Program-made: the position numbers and the translations under genes
Notes under the pieces: generated by a model
Seen by the model: only the letters and a program-made list of their open reading frames with translations
What the model was told of the DNA's origin: nothing
Databases searched by the model: none
Shown: piece by piece, positions 25,661 through 39,039 of the stretch
Numbering within the stretch: the stretch's first letter is position 1
How the letters are laid out: every line of letters begins with the position of its first letter
Source of the DNA: Rhynchobatus australiae
Taxonomy: Eukaryota
NCBI GenBank assembly: GCA_034780895.1
Contig: JAUZTB010000002.1
Span: 49,306,531-49,370,530, forward strand
Length of the DNA: 64,000 bases
Direction of reading: 5' to 3'

Positions 25661-27458
25661 AGACATTTATCATTAACTGCATTAAAAACTGGAACAACAT
25701 GGATAAAATTTCAGCAAATTTCTTCCAACCACTTTATGAAACTCAGGAGCTTTAGGAAAACCAGAACCCTACACTAAACTTAGTGGTTATGTGGATTGAG
25801 AAACTTAAACCACTTGGTCATTTTCTTTTGATTTCCAAATTCAAGTAATTGTCAGACAAAGGCACAGTGAACTTATGAAGAAAGTAGGAAATACCCTATG
25901 CAAGATCGCAATGCTTTATCAGCCCAAATTTAATCAGCCTTGAATATTAACTGACCAAGAATAAAGTAGCTTAAAGTACACAGAATTATTGTCATCTTTA
26001 AAGCAGACCATACAAAGCAAATGCCAATGGTGACAATGTAACCACAGCTGCTAGGAGGGCAATGACTAACTTTCCTTGATAGAACAAAGTGCATACAGGG
26101 CATAGATCGAGTATGCAATTGGACAGCATGAAGGTCTGTGATAGTGATGGAAAATAGGTAGGGTATATTGAAGTGCGGGAAGGAACTGTGATTTGCACCC
26201 AAATTTGGCATAGTTATCCAGAAATAAAAGCTATAAACATAAAATGCTGAAAATAGTCAGCTGGTCAAACAACACTTACTGATAGACAAACTCAACTAAG
26301 GCTGCTTGGCCTTACAAGTATTTCCAGTTTTTATTTCAGATTTCCAGCATCTTCAATGTTTTACTTTTAAAAGGGAAGTATATTTTATGTCCTGAATAGT
26401 ACCAGCAAGAACAACTTCAGCATAGCTGGGAGGAGGATTGAATATTAGTCTTCCACTGTTGACAATTCTGTTATTACATAATGTATCCTTTTTTTAAATT
26501 GCTTTGGAGTATCTTTATAAAGTATCCAACACAGCTCACATCATCAACATTTCTGCAAATGATTTTGGCCACAATTTATGGTTACTCCTGTCTGACCTGT
26601 CAGGTAGGATGCATCATTTTACTATTTAAAACTGATCAGTCTGTGAAGTGGCAAATCAGTACCAGCTATTGGATAAAACACTCTCTGAACCTTATTTACA
26701 ATTTAAAGCTGCATTTGATTCTGAAGAAAATCTTTTTGATTTGTATCTTAATTCAGCTTCACCTAGAAAATACAATTACAGATTCTAACCAAATAACTGT
26801 TTTGCTAGGCAATTCTGAGGCTGTAGTATGCATAAACACTCCATCGCTGATTTATTAGCTCCTTTTCAAAAGGTATTTTAAACATGTTACAAGAACTACT
26901 ACAGCTCCAGAGGTTTCGTAGTTTTAAAACAAAGTTTCTACATGTAATGAAGTGTTGTCATTTATGAACTATGTTCTGTTTTATGCTACCTGAGCAGACC
27001 CCATAGACGTTTCACCCATGGCAGACCACATAGATGTTTATAGTGCAAAATGTTCTACAATTAACCACAGTGTATATAGAAAGCAAAAATGCTGTGGTAA
27101 CCTAACAGTGATGCTTGTTTACCATGGCGATCTGTTATAGTGAGATTGTACTAAGTGATCCTCTGAATAAACATTGGATGCTCAACTGCACTAAAGATTC
27201 AGTTTTTAATGACCACTACCAGTGTATGAAAAAAAAAGCATCACTGCCATGAGTTCTAATAAAAACATGTCACTGTTCACATTCCTGGATACTTTGAAAG
27301 TGAACATATTAAACACCTTGCAATTTATGCACTCCACATTCTGACAACTAAGTCTTAAAACATTTAGGAGCACATACTCTTAAGTATAAGATCAGTAATA
27401 ACATAACCAGTTATTATGACAAATTATAATTTTTTTTTTGAAAAGCTGATGTTCTTAC

Positions 27459-27683
27459 CTCAATTTCATAAGTAAACTCTGAACCATCCAGCATAAAGAC
27501 CTTGCTCTGCACCATCTTAATCTTTTTGGGAATTTTCAGAGGGGATTTTTTGCTTACATCTTCATCTTTCTGAAGCTCTCCATCTTTGTTACTTTCATCC
27601 TGTGTGTCATCTGGTACTATCTCTTCATTGTTCACGTCTGCATCCTTTTCCAAAGTTTCTTCAAGCTTTTTCTCTTTATCTGG
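27459..27683 (-). CDS. EPB41L2: EPB41L2 coding exon 2 (end of headpiece, start of FERM: PDKEKK...KMVQSKVFMLDGSEFTYEIE)
   Basis: Acceptor ttctcttttgcAG|CCA and donor GAG|GTAAGA. 225 nt, phase 0/0. FERM-N start motif KV.LDG. Confidence 0.93.
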
Positions 27684-29240
27684 CTGCAAAAGAGAATTTG
27701 CTTTATATAATTCAAAGGATTGCAAGGTATAGATTCAACACCCAAATCTGTTAATCTAAAAAAATACGATTTAAATATCCCACTAGAAGGAATCCTGGCC
27801 CAACAGCACTGCAAGGCATGAATCCATGTCTCTGCCCATTCTCTTCTATTTTGTTTTATTGTCAGCTTCTTCATCTCATATCACGTGAAGAAACTAGGTC
27901 CTGTCCATTGCTGACCACGCCTTGTTAGTCTATCCCTTCTGCCCCAACTTGCTACACAACCTCAGAAACACCTTTCCTCCTCCCCCCCATTACAAATGCC
28001 TCCTCTGAGCTCATTATCACACTACTCTCTCCCCTTTGACTATTTCAATTTTGTAAATGTGAAATAGCCTTGCAATAATGCATGCTTTTAATGCATTATA
28101 TTTAAGTGCAGCTTTATCATTGCACTGTTTCATGTAACATGCACTTAACCTACGTGTCTGTTCATTTACAGCACAATTCTGAGTGTGAACTCCTATCCCT
28201 CAAGATTATCTTATACACATCCATATAAATTACGTTATTCCCATTTTCCCATTTCTCCGAAGTATCTAAGCTTTTTTTTAAAAAATAATTCATGCTGCCC
28301 TCAATGCTCTTGTATCTGTAAATATCAGATTCTGTTTGCTATGGGCTTGTTCAGGTGTATCATTTCTGTCATGAAGAAATAATACACAAGCTCAGTTACC
28401 CCACAAAAATCACTTATGATTTGTGATCATAAGTTTACGCCAAGTTTGCGTATTGTTTTGGAGAAACAAGCAATTTTGCATCTGTAGGCGTTAAAACCTT
28501 CCACCTGTGTGCAGTTCGTCACCTCTGTGTTGTGTCGATTGCAGGGCAATGAATATACATTGATCACTACATTAATCAATGGTATTATTTTAGTAATATG
28601 TATAAAAATTGTGAAAAGTGAACTAGAGGGACTTTAGCCTTTTCTAGTCAAGTGATCGTCATGTCTCCACCATATTTAAAATGATAAAAACATTTATATA
28701 ATGTTATCTTGAGATCATCCAGTAAGTGTCCCACTTACAATAAACATCTACTTAAAAATATAGTATTGGAAATGAACAGCAGGGTCATCAGTGTCTTAAA
28801 TAAAATTATTTTCCCAGGTAATGCTCACCAGGTTCACAAAATATCCATTCCCAGGTATTACAGGCCTTGCAATAAAACACACACATTGCTGGAAATATTC
28901 AAAAGCATTTTCCCTCTACAAATGCTGCTAGGACTAATATGCACGCCGAACATCTGTTTCTTTTCAGATTTCCAGAATCTGTGGTATTTTGCTTTTGGAT
29001 TACTTATTTGTTCTTAAGAGTTTTTCCAGAATTCAAGTCTTCTTCTCAATTTGTACTATGTTGCTAAAATCAAATTATCAGATCTTTGCAAAACAGCACT
29101 CCACAAGATATTGGAATGGGAAATAAGATATTTGACAAAAAGGTCATTTTTAAAAAAGGACAAAGTGCATGAGATTTTCAGTCCATTGCAGAAATCTAGT
29201 ACAGCATAGCATTGGATTTTACTCTGGCAATTACAATTAC

Positions 29241-29735
29241 CTGTATTTCTGTACTATTCAATGAATGCTGCTCCCTTATTTCATCTGTATGGCTCTGCTC
29301 TTCTTCCATTCCCTTCACCACTTCATTCTCTGATGCAGTCTTCACTAATTCTGGTTGTTCATTCGTTGAATTTCTGTCTTCAGCTTGAATGTCCTCCTCT
29401 GCTTTCTTCTCCTCTACAGTTTCCACCTGGGAAAGTGATTTTTGCTTTTTAAGCCATCCAGGCAAAAAACGAGACAATCCTTTACCACCCAATTGATCCT
29501 TCTTGTCACTGCTAACAGGAGTGGCCTGGGTATTTGCACTTGAAGTTGAAGAATTTAATTCCTGTTCTTTCTGAGGTTGTATTGTGGATTCAGCCTGCTC
29601 ATCTTCCTGGATTTCCTTTTCTGGTTCCTGATTTATATTGGCGGAGTTGTCAGGATTTGATATTTCAGAATCATCCTGTTCAACATCTTTTGACTCTTCC
29701 TTTACTTGAATTGTAGATCCAACTTCAGTCGTCAT
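29241..29735 (-). CDS. EPB41L2: EPB41L2 first coding exon (U1 headpiece, 165 codons, MTTEVGS...STEIQ); 13 nt of 5' UTR at 29748-29736
   Basis: Acceptor ttctttctgaattttcAG (AG at 29750-29749), ATG at 29735, donor CAG|GTAATT after 29241. CDS part is 495 nt, phase 0. Confidence 0.95.
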
Positions 29736-30425
29736 GATAAAAGGTTAACTGAAAATTCAGAAAGAACATTTCACCAAGTTAGAACATTTTAAACAAAAAA
29801 TTGAATTTGAAAATTAAAATTCTCACTTGATCCACATAAAGTATGATCAAAATTTCAATCATAAATTCTTAAAACATTTACATGGGAGTTTTTAAGCAAA
29901 AGTTTCAAATTTGGACATTGGATACATAACAAATTCAACATTTTAACAAGTCATTAGATAAATAATTGACTCTCCCAATGACATTACACTAGGTACTTTC
30001 ATTCTCATCTAATGTCAGTGTAAGTCACTTCCTCACAAAAGCAGAAAAACAAAAATCAAAAAGGACATTCTTGCAAAGTTTATGTTCAACAAATGCATTA
30101 GAAATTTGTTGAATTTTGTCTTCTGATTTCCCCGAACAGCAGTTCCATCAATGCAGTCTGTGCATTCAGCTCCATGTTGTCACCTTCAACCAGATAGAAC
30201 TGGACATGTACAATACAAAAGGCAGATTCAATTGCCAAATGCAAGGGCATTGTGTACTCTAGCCAAGGTGCTTGGGTGATTCTGTGGCAAAGACATGTAT
30301 TATTTCAAATTACATGTTCAATTAGATGCAGCTTTATAATTCATATAATCTGAGAAGATAAGGTTGATTCAATAAGGAATACAAAATCCACGTCCTTTCG
30401 GGAACCAAATGTAATAGCTTGAAGC

Positions 30426-31128
30426 NNNNNNNNNNNNNNNNNNNNNNNNNNNNNNNNNNNNNNNNNNNNNNNNNNNNNNNNNNNNNNNNNNNNNNNNNNN
30501 NNNNNNNNNNNNNNNNNNNNNNNNNNNNNNNNNNNNNNNNNNNNNNNNNNNNNNNNNNNNNNNNNNNNNNNNNNNNNNNNNNNNNNNNNNNNNNNNNNNN
30601 NNNNNNNNNNNNNNNNNNNNNNNNNNNNNNNNNNNNNNNNNNNNNNNNNNNNNNNNNNNNNNNNNNNNNNNNNNNNNNNNNNNNNNNNNNNNNNNNNNNN
30701 NNNNNNNNNNNNNNNNNNNNNNNNNNNNNNNNNNNNNNNNNNNNNNNNNNNNNNNNNNNNNNNNNNNNNNNNNNNNNNNNNNNNNNNNNNNNNNNNNNNN
30801 NNNNNNNNNNNNNNNNNNNNNNNNNNNNNNNNNNNNNNNNNNNNNNNNNNNNNNNNNNNNNNNNNNNNNNNNNNNNNNNNNNNNNNNNNNNNNNNNNNNN
30901 NNNNNNNNNNNNNNNNNNNNNNNNNNNNNNNNNNNNNNNNNNNNNNNNNNNNNNNNNNNNNNNNNNNNNNNNNNNNNNNNNNNNNNNNNNNNNNNNNNNN
31001 NNNNNNNNNNNNNNNNNNNNNNNNNNNNNNNNNNNNNNNNNNNNNNNNNNNNNNNNNNNNNNNNNNNNNNNNNNNNNNNNNNNNNNNNNNNNNNNNNNNN
31101 NNNNNNNNNNNNNNNNNNNNNNNNNNNN
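30426..31128. other. Assembly gap (703 N), the largest of many gaps
   Basis: Run of N. ORFs that span it are artefacts. Confidence 0.99.
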
Positions 31129-31584
31129 CTGACAATACTTGGAGGTGGTAAATAGATTTCTAGATATAAACTAATCAAAAGGAGATGGGGAGGAAGTGAA
31201 TCATTGCTTCTTCAACAGACGCAGTACAAAATAGGAAACTTGACTGCAGGAACAGCCACAATGAAAGTGACACCATTCACATTAGTGGAACAATGATAGA
31301 AAAAGCCAAAAGGATTAATTTTTTTTTGATAATTATCTCAGTCCTTCAGTGTTAACATTACTTATCTAAAGGAAAATTATATTCAAAAGGCATACCAACT
31401 ACATCCACAATGCTCCACTCAGGGGAAAAAAGATCCTGTGTTTCTTTCGCTATTGATTGAATTAGTTCATTGACTTAAATAAATAGCAGCTGTACCACTT
31501 AAAGTGTTTATTTTAAATGTAACCTTTTTAATCACCATAAATAAGGAAATACAGTAATGGACTCTTCCTATTCAAATTTACATT

Positions 31585-31652
31585 CAGAAACATAGAAAAA
31601 CCTACAACACAATTCGGGCCCTTCGGCCCACAAAACTGTGCCGAACATGTCA
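31585..31652 (-). mobile_element. Isolated CR1-type 3' tail (extreme 5' truncation)
   Basis: catagaa...caacaca...ggcccttcggcccaca...gtgccga matches 23592-23645. Confidence 0.65.
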
Positions 31653-32104
31653 TTGGGAAAGAATTGGAGACAACGCAAGGAAAAATGTAAAACAAAAATT
31701 TCAGCTAGTTACATCTGGAATGAAGTTGATAGAATTAGATTAAAAAAATAACTAAGATAATTGGAAAAATACTTGGAAGAGAAAACAAATTAGTGATATG
31801 TGGAAACAATAGTTTGTGTGAACAATTCAACTATAACATCAAAAAGCCTCTTGCTGTGCAATATGGCACATGACTGTACTGGAACATTTTCAACAAATCC
31901 AAAGACATTCTGCTTTGCTTATTCATTGGTTGCGAATTATTCCATAGCTTACAGAATGTCTGGATTCTTTTAGAACTTTGCTTAGATAATTATGCTTTCA
32001 ACTGACATTTTCTGAAATTTCAGTGTAGGTGGCAACAAACTGGCAACATGATGTACAGATCTCCAGCACCAACTCAAATTGTAGGCTTCATAGAAAACAA
32101 CACA

Positions 32105-32575
32105 AGTTTGTCCAACCTCTCCTTGTAGCACATGCCCTCTAATTCAGGCAGCATCCAAGTAAACCTCTTCTGTACCCTCTCCAGAGCCTCCACATCCTTC
32201 CTGTAATGTGGACAACCAAAATTGGATGCAACACTCTAGATGCAACCTAACTAGAGTTTTATAAAGCTGCAAAATAACTGACTCTTGAACTCAGTACCGC
32301 AATAAAGGCAAGCATGCCATACACCTTCTTTACCACCCTCTCAACTTGTGTAACCACTTTTTGGAGCTATGGACTTGGACCCCAAGATCACTCTGTACAT
32401 CAACACCATTAAGGATCTTGCTATTAACAGTGTATTGTCCCTTTCCATTTGATCTCTCAAAGTTCAACACTGTACATTTGGCTGGATTAAACTCCCTCTG
32501 CCATTTCTCCGCTCATATCTGCAACTTATCTACATCCTGCTGTATCCTTTGGCAATCTTCTACGCTATCCACTAT
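32105..32575 (-). mobile_element. CR1-clade LINE fragment
   Basis: Colinear with 23985-24440. Confidence 0.8.
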
Positions 32576-32577
32576 AT

Positions 32578-32880
32578 GGGAGGGATGAGTGGACCAGAGT
32601 CACAGATCGAGTAGTCCCTTTGAAAGGTAGAAAGGGGTGGGGAAGAGAAGATATAGCTCATGGTGGAATCTCGTTGGTGGAAATGAAGGATGATGTGCTG
32701 AGTGAGGTTAGTAGGACAAAAGGCGAGGACTAGGGGAACTCTGCATCTGTACTGTTTGGAGGAAGGTGGGTGAGAGACGTATGAGAAATGAAGGAAATGT
32801 GACAGAGGACTCCATTGAACAGAGAAGGGTAGCCACTTTTCCTGAAAACAGACATTTCAGATGTCCTTGAGTGGAAAGAG
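32578..32880 (-). mobile_element. Penelope-like fragment
   Basis: Reverse complement resembles ~2450-2730. Minus-strand peptide SEMSVFRKSGYP fits the F..RGYP motif. Confidence 0.65.
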
Positions 32881-34639
32881 AGAGAGAGTTCCCCTACTAC
32901 TTGCCTTTCACCCTTTTCCCCCCGATGCAAACCCCCCATCACCATTACAAAATTTAGTTTATAAATATAGGATAATACATTACTGTTAACCACACGCTTT
33001 ATCTTCTCCTTTTAAGCAAAGATTGGCAGGAATCAGAGCTGGGCTGGAGAGTAGCATCCTTCTCAAACAAAAGGAACTCAGATGGAAAGCCCACTAGTAA
33101 ATGTGAACAACCTTATTAGTATGTGCGCTGCTCCACTGGATTGGTCATTGTTTATATGTGCACCTCTCCTACCCTATTTGATAGGGGGATTTCAGGAACA
33201 ATCCAGAAATTTCAAGATCAGGCACTGGGATTTCATTAGTGTAATGGTTGGCTTGTAAAAGAAAAATCAATTTCCACTTCCTTGTCCTTCTTGCAGAAGC
33301 AAAATTATTTAAGGCAGGGGTGACCAGAAAGGAAGTTTAACACGCGTGGTAATCATACGATTTTTCTAAAAAAACATAAGTACAAAGGAACTTGCAAAAG
33401 TTCTGAAACTGGATGTCTGATTATCAATGTTTCAAAATTCTCATGAACACTTCCATTAATTCCATTGTTCTACATAACACAAAGCATGCATCATTGAACA
33501 CATTCTTCTATTGTGAGCTATAGAGTCAGATTATACAGTGTGTATAATCTACTGTAAGTACCAGGTTCATTCAAGATAGGATGTCAGTTTACTCAAGGAT
33601 AATGTTCCCAAGCACAACTTCAAATGAAGCATATCATTTCAACTAAACAGTTGTTAAAACGTACTGTAGACTGTAACATGACCCCAAAAATCCATTAAAA
33701 GTTGGTTCTTTTAAAGTTGAATGAATAAAAAGGGAGAAGCAAAAAGGATATAGGGGCAGTGTTAGAAGTTGTAACGAAAGTGGAGAAATCACAAGTAGGT
33801 ATAATAAGTGGATTAAACTAGCAGGATTGAATATCAATTTAAATGAATTTCCCTCACATCCTATATTAAACAGAAGCCTTTCAACTAAACCTGAAAGAAG
33901 ATTCCACCTAAGCTACAGCATCGCTATGCATCAGGTAATGTAGTTTTACTGTGAGAGTGACAGATCAACAACCCAAATTACATTTGAGGATCACTCGTAG
34001 AAACACTGAAGCCCTGAACTTTGAGAGGTACTGGCTAGTATCAGTCTGATTGTACTCCAGTGTTGGACTACAGTACTCATGGAGTCTACTGGTGAAGGGC
34101 CAATTTCCTGCTGTGTCTCCACAGTTCTCTACAAAATCTGGGTGCTGAACCCAAATTCTGAACAGGTTCAGAAATTCCATTTGTTTAAGTTTATTATTGT
34201 CATAGGCAAATATAAACAGGGTATGAATGCCAAGAAAATGAACTTTTTGCAGCAGAAGCACAAACAGGACAATAAGTTAACAAACTTAAAATTAACATAA
34301 AATATACATAACTTGCACATGCACAAAAATAAACATTCTTTAGAAAAAATGCCAAGGGAAAAAGAAAAGCTTAAGATAAACTTAGGGTTCTCAGCTCTAA
34401 TTCGTCCACCTGTCTTTCAGAATCACAGAATGGTCATAGAATGGAAGGGCAATCGGGCTGGACCCATTCCCATAGCTCTAAATCCTACCTATTAAAATTT
34501 GCAACAAACCTACACAAGTCAAAACCCAATGGTGAGATGGTCTGGGAACAAAGTCATCTGTTTTTGTCAAGCAAGATACACTTAATGCAGGGAGGGAGGA
34601 AATTCCAGGCTTTAAACCCTGCAACAAAGAAAACTGATA

Positions 34640-35420
34640 ACACATTTCCAAGCCAGGATAGTATATGACTTGGAGGGGAATCTGAAAGTGGTGGCATTCT
34701 CTTGTAGCTGCTGCACTTGTCCTCCTTGGTGGCAGAGGTGGGGCTAGTGGAGTAATCTGAGTAATTGCAATGCATTTTGCAGACAACATGCACTGGAGAC
34801 ACTGTGCTGGTGGTGGTGGAGGAAATCGATGTTTAGGGAGGTAAATGGGGTGCCACTCAAGCACACCACTTTGTCCTGGATACTGTCAAACCTCAGAGTT
34901 GTTGGCACTGTGCAATCCTCACTTCCAACCTGAACATAGAAGAAAGGTGAAGATGGTCAGATGTAGGACACTGCCAAGGAACTCTTGCAGTGATGTCCTG
35001 GGGCAAGAACAATTAACTTCTGATAACCACCACCCCGTGCAAGGCAAAACTCCAGCCACTAGCGTTTTGCCTTTAATGCCCATCAATTTCAGTTTTACTA
35101 GGGAGCCCCTATTCTACACAGTTAAATCCTGCCTTCATGTCCAGTACGGTCACCTTCTCTTCACCTCTTTGCTCCATTTTGACCAAGGCTGTCACAAGTC
35201 TGGAGCTGAGTGGAGGTGGCAAAACCCACAACAGGGCATCAATGACAAGGTTATTGGTGAATAAGTGCCACTTGATAATACTGTTGAGGGCAGCTGATGA
35301 TTGAGAGTAGACCAAGTGGAAATTACCCTGCTTTCTGTGGAAAACAAACATACCTGAGCAATTTTACATATTGCCAGGTCATTGATAATGCTGTAATTGT
35401 AATGGAACTGTTTGGCTAGA
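34640..35420 (-). mobile_element. Decayed LINE (CR1/L2 group, clade unresolved)
   Basis: Minus-strand VTVLDMKAGFNCV resembles ALDIK.AFD.V, preceded by a GF...HS.PD-like segment. Same family as 56620-58400. Confidence 0.7.
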
Positions 35421-38400
35421 GATGCAGAGAGATGAGGGCAGAAAGAGAACCAGAAAAGGAGGCAGAGATCACAGTAAAATTTCTTAATTTTGGAAACTTT
35501 CTTTTAATGTTTCAAAGCTGGGCTCAAAAAAAAGTTCACATGAATGAAGTAGGAAAAATTGTACAGCTTCAGGATCCAGCATAAGTACAATGGACTGAAT
35601 AGCCATCTTCAGTGTGAAAATTTATCCCTTCAAAACTCCTTATGCACCTTCTGCTCAATGGACATTGGACTGAAATTTCCCCCATTAGAAATGCTCAGCA
35701 TCATATTCCCTTTCTTTTAGTAGCCACTCTCTCAATTTCACAATGCAGGCTACAAGAACTTTGCAGTTTCATTAGTTACTTTTCCTTTTGTAAGGAATTT
35801 ATACCTAGGGATTCAGCTTTATCCAAATCACCAACCAATTAACCATTTTACTGAATTATTGCTATGCAGTTCAGAAATTTCTTATTTAAATACAGAATTG
35901 GATATTTTATGTATTCTGTTTTACTCAGCTGCATTGTTAAACACACTGTTTTAAATAGTCTTAAGTCCTTTGGGGCATGTAATAAGAAGCCAGATGGCAA
36001 AATGACATTGGAACAAAATAAAAAAAATTTAAATGCAACTTAATGAGCTTCCTACTGCCTTTCCAAATAGATATTAAGCAAGGCTCCACCTGCCAAAAAG
36101 AACTGGCTGCACTATTTTCAAAGACAATATATCTTCCTCAATTAAGATTAATGGAGATATTTAACCATTTTCATTGTGGAGCAATAAAACATCTGGTGCA
36201 CTCGCAAATAACTCTTAGATTAACGCATTTCTGAAATACAGAAAAGAACGTGAAAAGTGCTTTACAAATGTTTCCTATCTCCTTCGGGGCTGTTATGAGA
36301 AAACTTAAGACAAAGTTAGACCACGATTTTTATAATGCTGCACCTAAAAGCCAGTTATCATTCCTACATATAAAAGACAACATGCACCATGAATAATTTT
36401 TGCAATGCTAGAACAGTGAAACAGTTTTAACACCATCCCACTTCACCAGACATACAACTGCCAAGTTTTTGCGGCAAGTAATCATGTTATGTTGCTAGTC
36501 TTGTTTTTATTTTAATGTAAAACTAAATTCATGTCAATTCCAAAACTATGCCATCACTGAAAAGCTCACAAAGTTGCACAACTGAAATACTCTCATGCCA
36601 AGTCATCTATTACAGAAAACAAAGCAAGCATGATGTTGGGGAAAAATACAACTCTCAGAACAATCCAAAAATGCTACACCAGAACTGACAACATTGATAT
36701 TTTGTAACAAAGTTTGAAAACAACAAACTGCTTACTTTGTTCCTGATGAGGAGAAGAATCTGATAAAAGCTTGCTGGCACTACAAAATGAAACAAAGTTA
36801 ACATTAGAGCTCAAAAAGCCACAGTGTTTCCTTCAACAACTTGCTGAATAGTGTAAGCCCTATCCAAGAACCAGGAAGCATATGCATTGGTCGAATGGCA
36901 CTCTGTTTTGTTTGTCATTTCACACTGTCAATATAATAAAAGCTTTGTACTTCTGTTTACTGGAAGAACAGATACATTCCAGCAAAATTGGAATAACACC
37001 TTCTTTAGGAAATGGAATATTATACATATGCCTTTGTACAGAGGGGCATCGTTAATAACAACTCAAACAATTCATTTGCTATCAGTGGCTCTGGGCACAC
37101 CAATGAAGGAATCACAAAGGGTCTCCAAGTTGTAAAGATGTAGATGGTTGATATAATTAGGAAGAGCAAGATCATGGTTTAAAAAATTTTGTAAGACAAG
37201 GCAGAGTTTTGTATGAGAGCTATTGTTGATCATAGAAGGTAGGAAACTGACTAATTCTAATCTCTGTGACAAAGGAATTACACCTTTCACTACCAGAATT
37301 GCTTGAGGTCAGGATCAAGTAGCAAGCAAAATGAGTTTTGTTTAGATAGAGTTCAGAAACGTCAGGAATGAACTGGATACCAAGGTACTTGGCTATAAGA
37401 TGCAGCTCAAGACTATCAGCTTAGGAAAATAAATTGAGATAGCAGTAAGGATATAAACAATGTTTTAGTCATTCTTGACTTTCAAGCTGAAGGAAGCAAG
37501 TAGCTCAGTGTTATAAAAGCAAACATAATCTAAAAAGAAAAAGGCTATTTGACCTTGTAAGGCTTCTCAACTCTCACTCTGCAGTCTTGTAGAAAATCAA
37601 ATGGTCAACTATTTTCTAAGTACTTTATTAAAATGCAATAAGGTTTCCTGATTCTACCATCCTTTCAAGCAGCAATTTCCAGACACCTAACACACACCAA
37701 GTGAAAGAATGTTACCTCAACTTCCTTCCACAAATTGCCTTAATCTATGCTCTGGTTGTCAACCTCTCTGGAAAGGCAAATAGCTTTCTCCTACTCTTTC
37801 TATTTAAGCCTTAATACACTTCAATTAAATCTTGCCTTAGCCTCCCTCTGTTCAAGCGGAAAAAATATTTTTCTTTACAGGTGGCACGGAGATGATAACT
37901 TGAATGTTATCTCCGCCAGACCCACCAAGCCAAATTATTTTTCCTTCTGTTGGAAAAATGTACACGGTAGGAAAAAAAATGAACATCAAGTCAAAGTCAA
38001 AAACAAATTAAATCTTCCAAGTATTAGACTTTTTATTTGTAAATTAAGTTACAAAGGTGTTTATAATCCCTGCTCCAGAGGGTAGTGAACCTTTAGAATT
38101 CTTTACCCAAGAGGGCTGAGAGACTGATTCACTGAAATCAAATCTTAAGGGATACAAAGGTGGTACAGGAAATTGGCGGAGGTAAAAGATCAGTTATCAT
38201 CTTATTAAATGGAGGAGCAGGCATAAGGTTTGAGAAGTCTACTAGTGCTTCAATTCATGTTTTTAAGATTGTCATGATATATACAGTTAGAAACATTTGG
38301 AAATAAAATTCTAACCCAGGAGGACTCAAGCAGATTAGAAAACAACCTCAACAATGGCAAATCAAGCTTAAGTATTTATAACTATGGTCAAATGTAATCA

Positions 38401-39039
38401 GTTGTTTCTTCCCTTCATAATATTCTCCAGGAAACCAATTGTCAGTGAAATACAAATGTTACACAAACACAGTAATAAAGGAATTGCACAATTATTTTCT
38501 TCAATATGCATACTCTGTATTTTAACTCAGGGATGGAAGAAATTTTCAGGAGATTCTGCTCTTTCTCCCCCCAACTGTAGTCTCGTGCACCACAGAAATC
38601 TTTTTATGCCAATTCAGGCAATTATGCAGTGTGTCTTTTCCATTTTGTGTTTTGCTTTTTCCTTATTTACTTGTTTCTCCTCCTTATTCAAATACTTGCC
38701 ATCAGCTGTAGGTTTTAATCTCTGCTCCTAATAGCTTTGTTCTCTCATTGACCTGCTTTTAAAATTTTATGTATTGTTTTCATAACACAAAAGCAATTAT
38801 GGCAATTGAATATAGTCAACTGGATGCAAACTTAATGCTATCTTATATACTACAGTGGACGAATGTAGCTCATTAGGTACAAAGAGTATGAAGCTTTTCA
38901 AATCAATTCATTACAAGAGCACACACACAGGTGAGAAGCAAATGCTGCTTTGCTATGAGTTGGGAAGGATTGGAATGTGACACCACAGTGCACTAAATCT
39001 CAAACAATGACAAGATGGTGTACAGGAAAGAGGGAGAAA

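Larger units (their letters stand above)
739..29748 (-). other. EPB41L2: EPB41L2 (band 4.1-like protein 2 / 4.1G) gene, partial: ATG-containing exon plus six downstream coding exons; 3' part lies before position 1, 5' UTR exon(s) not located
   Basis: The spliced translation starts MTTEVGS, contains GLSRFLPGWLKKQKS (the 4.1G headpiece motif), and gives a continuous FERM sequence ...[56 protein letters not shown]... All introns are GT-AG with consistent phases. Confidence 0.95.

Noticed and set aside
26993-27040. 19-bp imperfect direct repeat (gcagacc.cataga.gttt) with 28-bp period
   Set aside because: Only two units. It is a small local duplication, not an array, and not CRISPR-like.
29720-29748. 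4.1R-style alternative acceptor just downstream of the ATG (intrasplicing)
   Set aside because: The nearest downstream AG is in an AAG context with no supporting evidence, so it cannot be claimed from sequence alone.
30341-31178. Long ORFs of 237-269 aa
   Set aside because: Almost entirely N, so artefacts of the gap.
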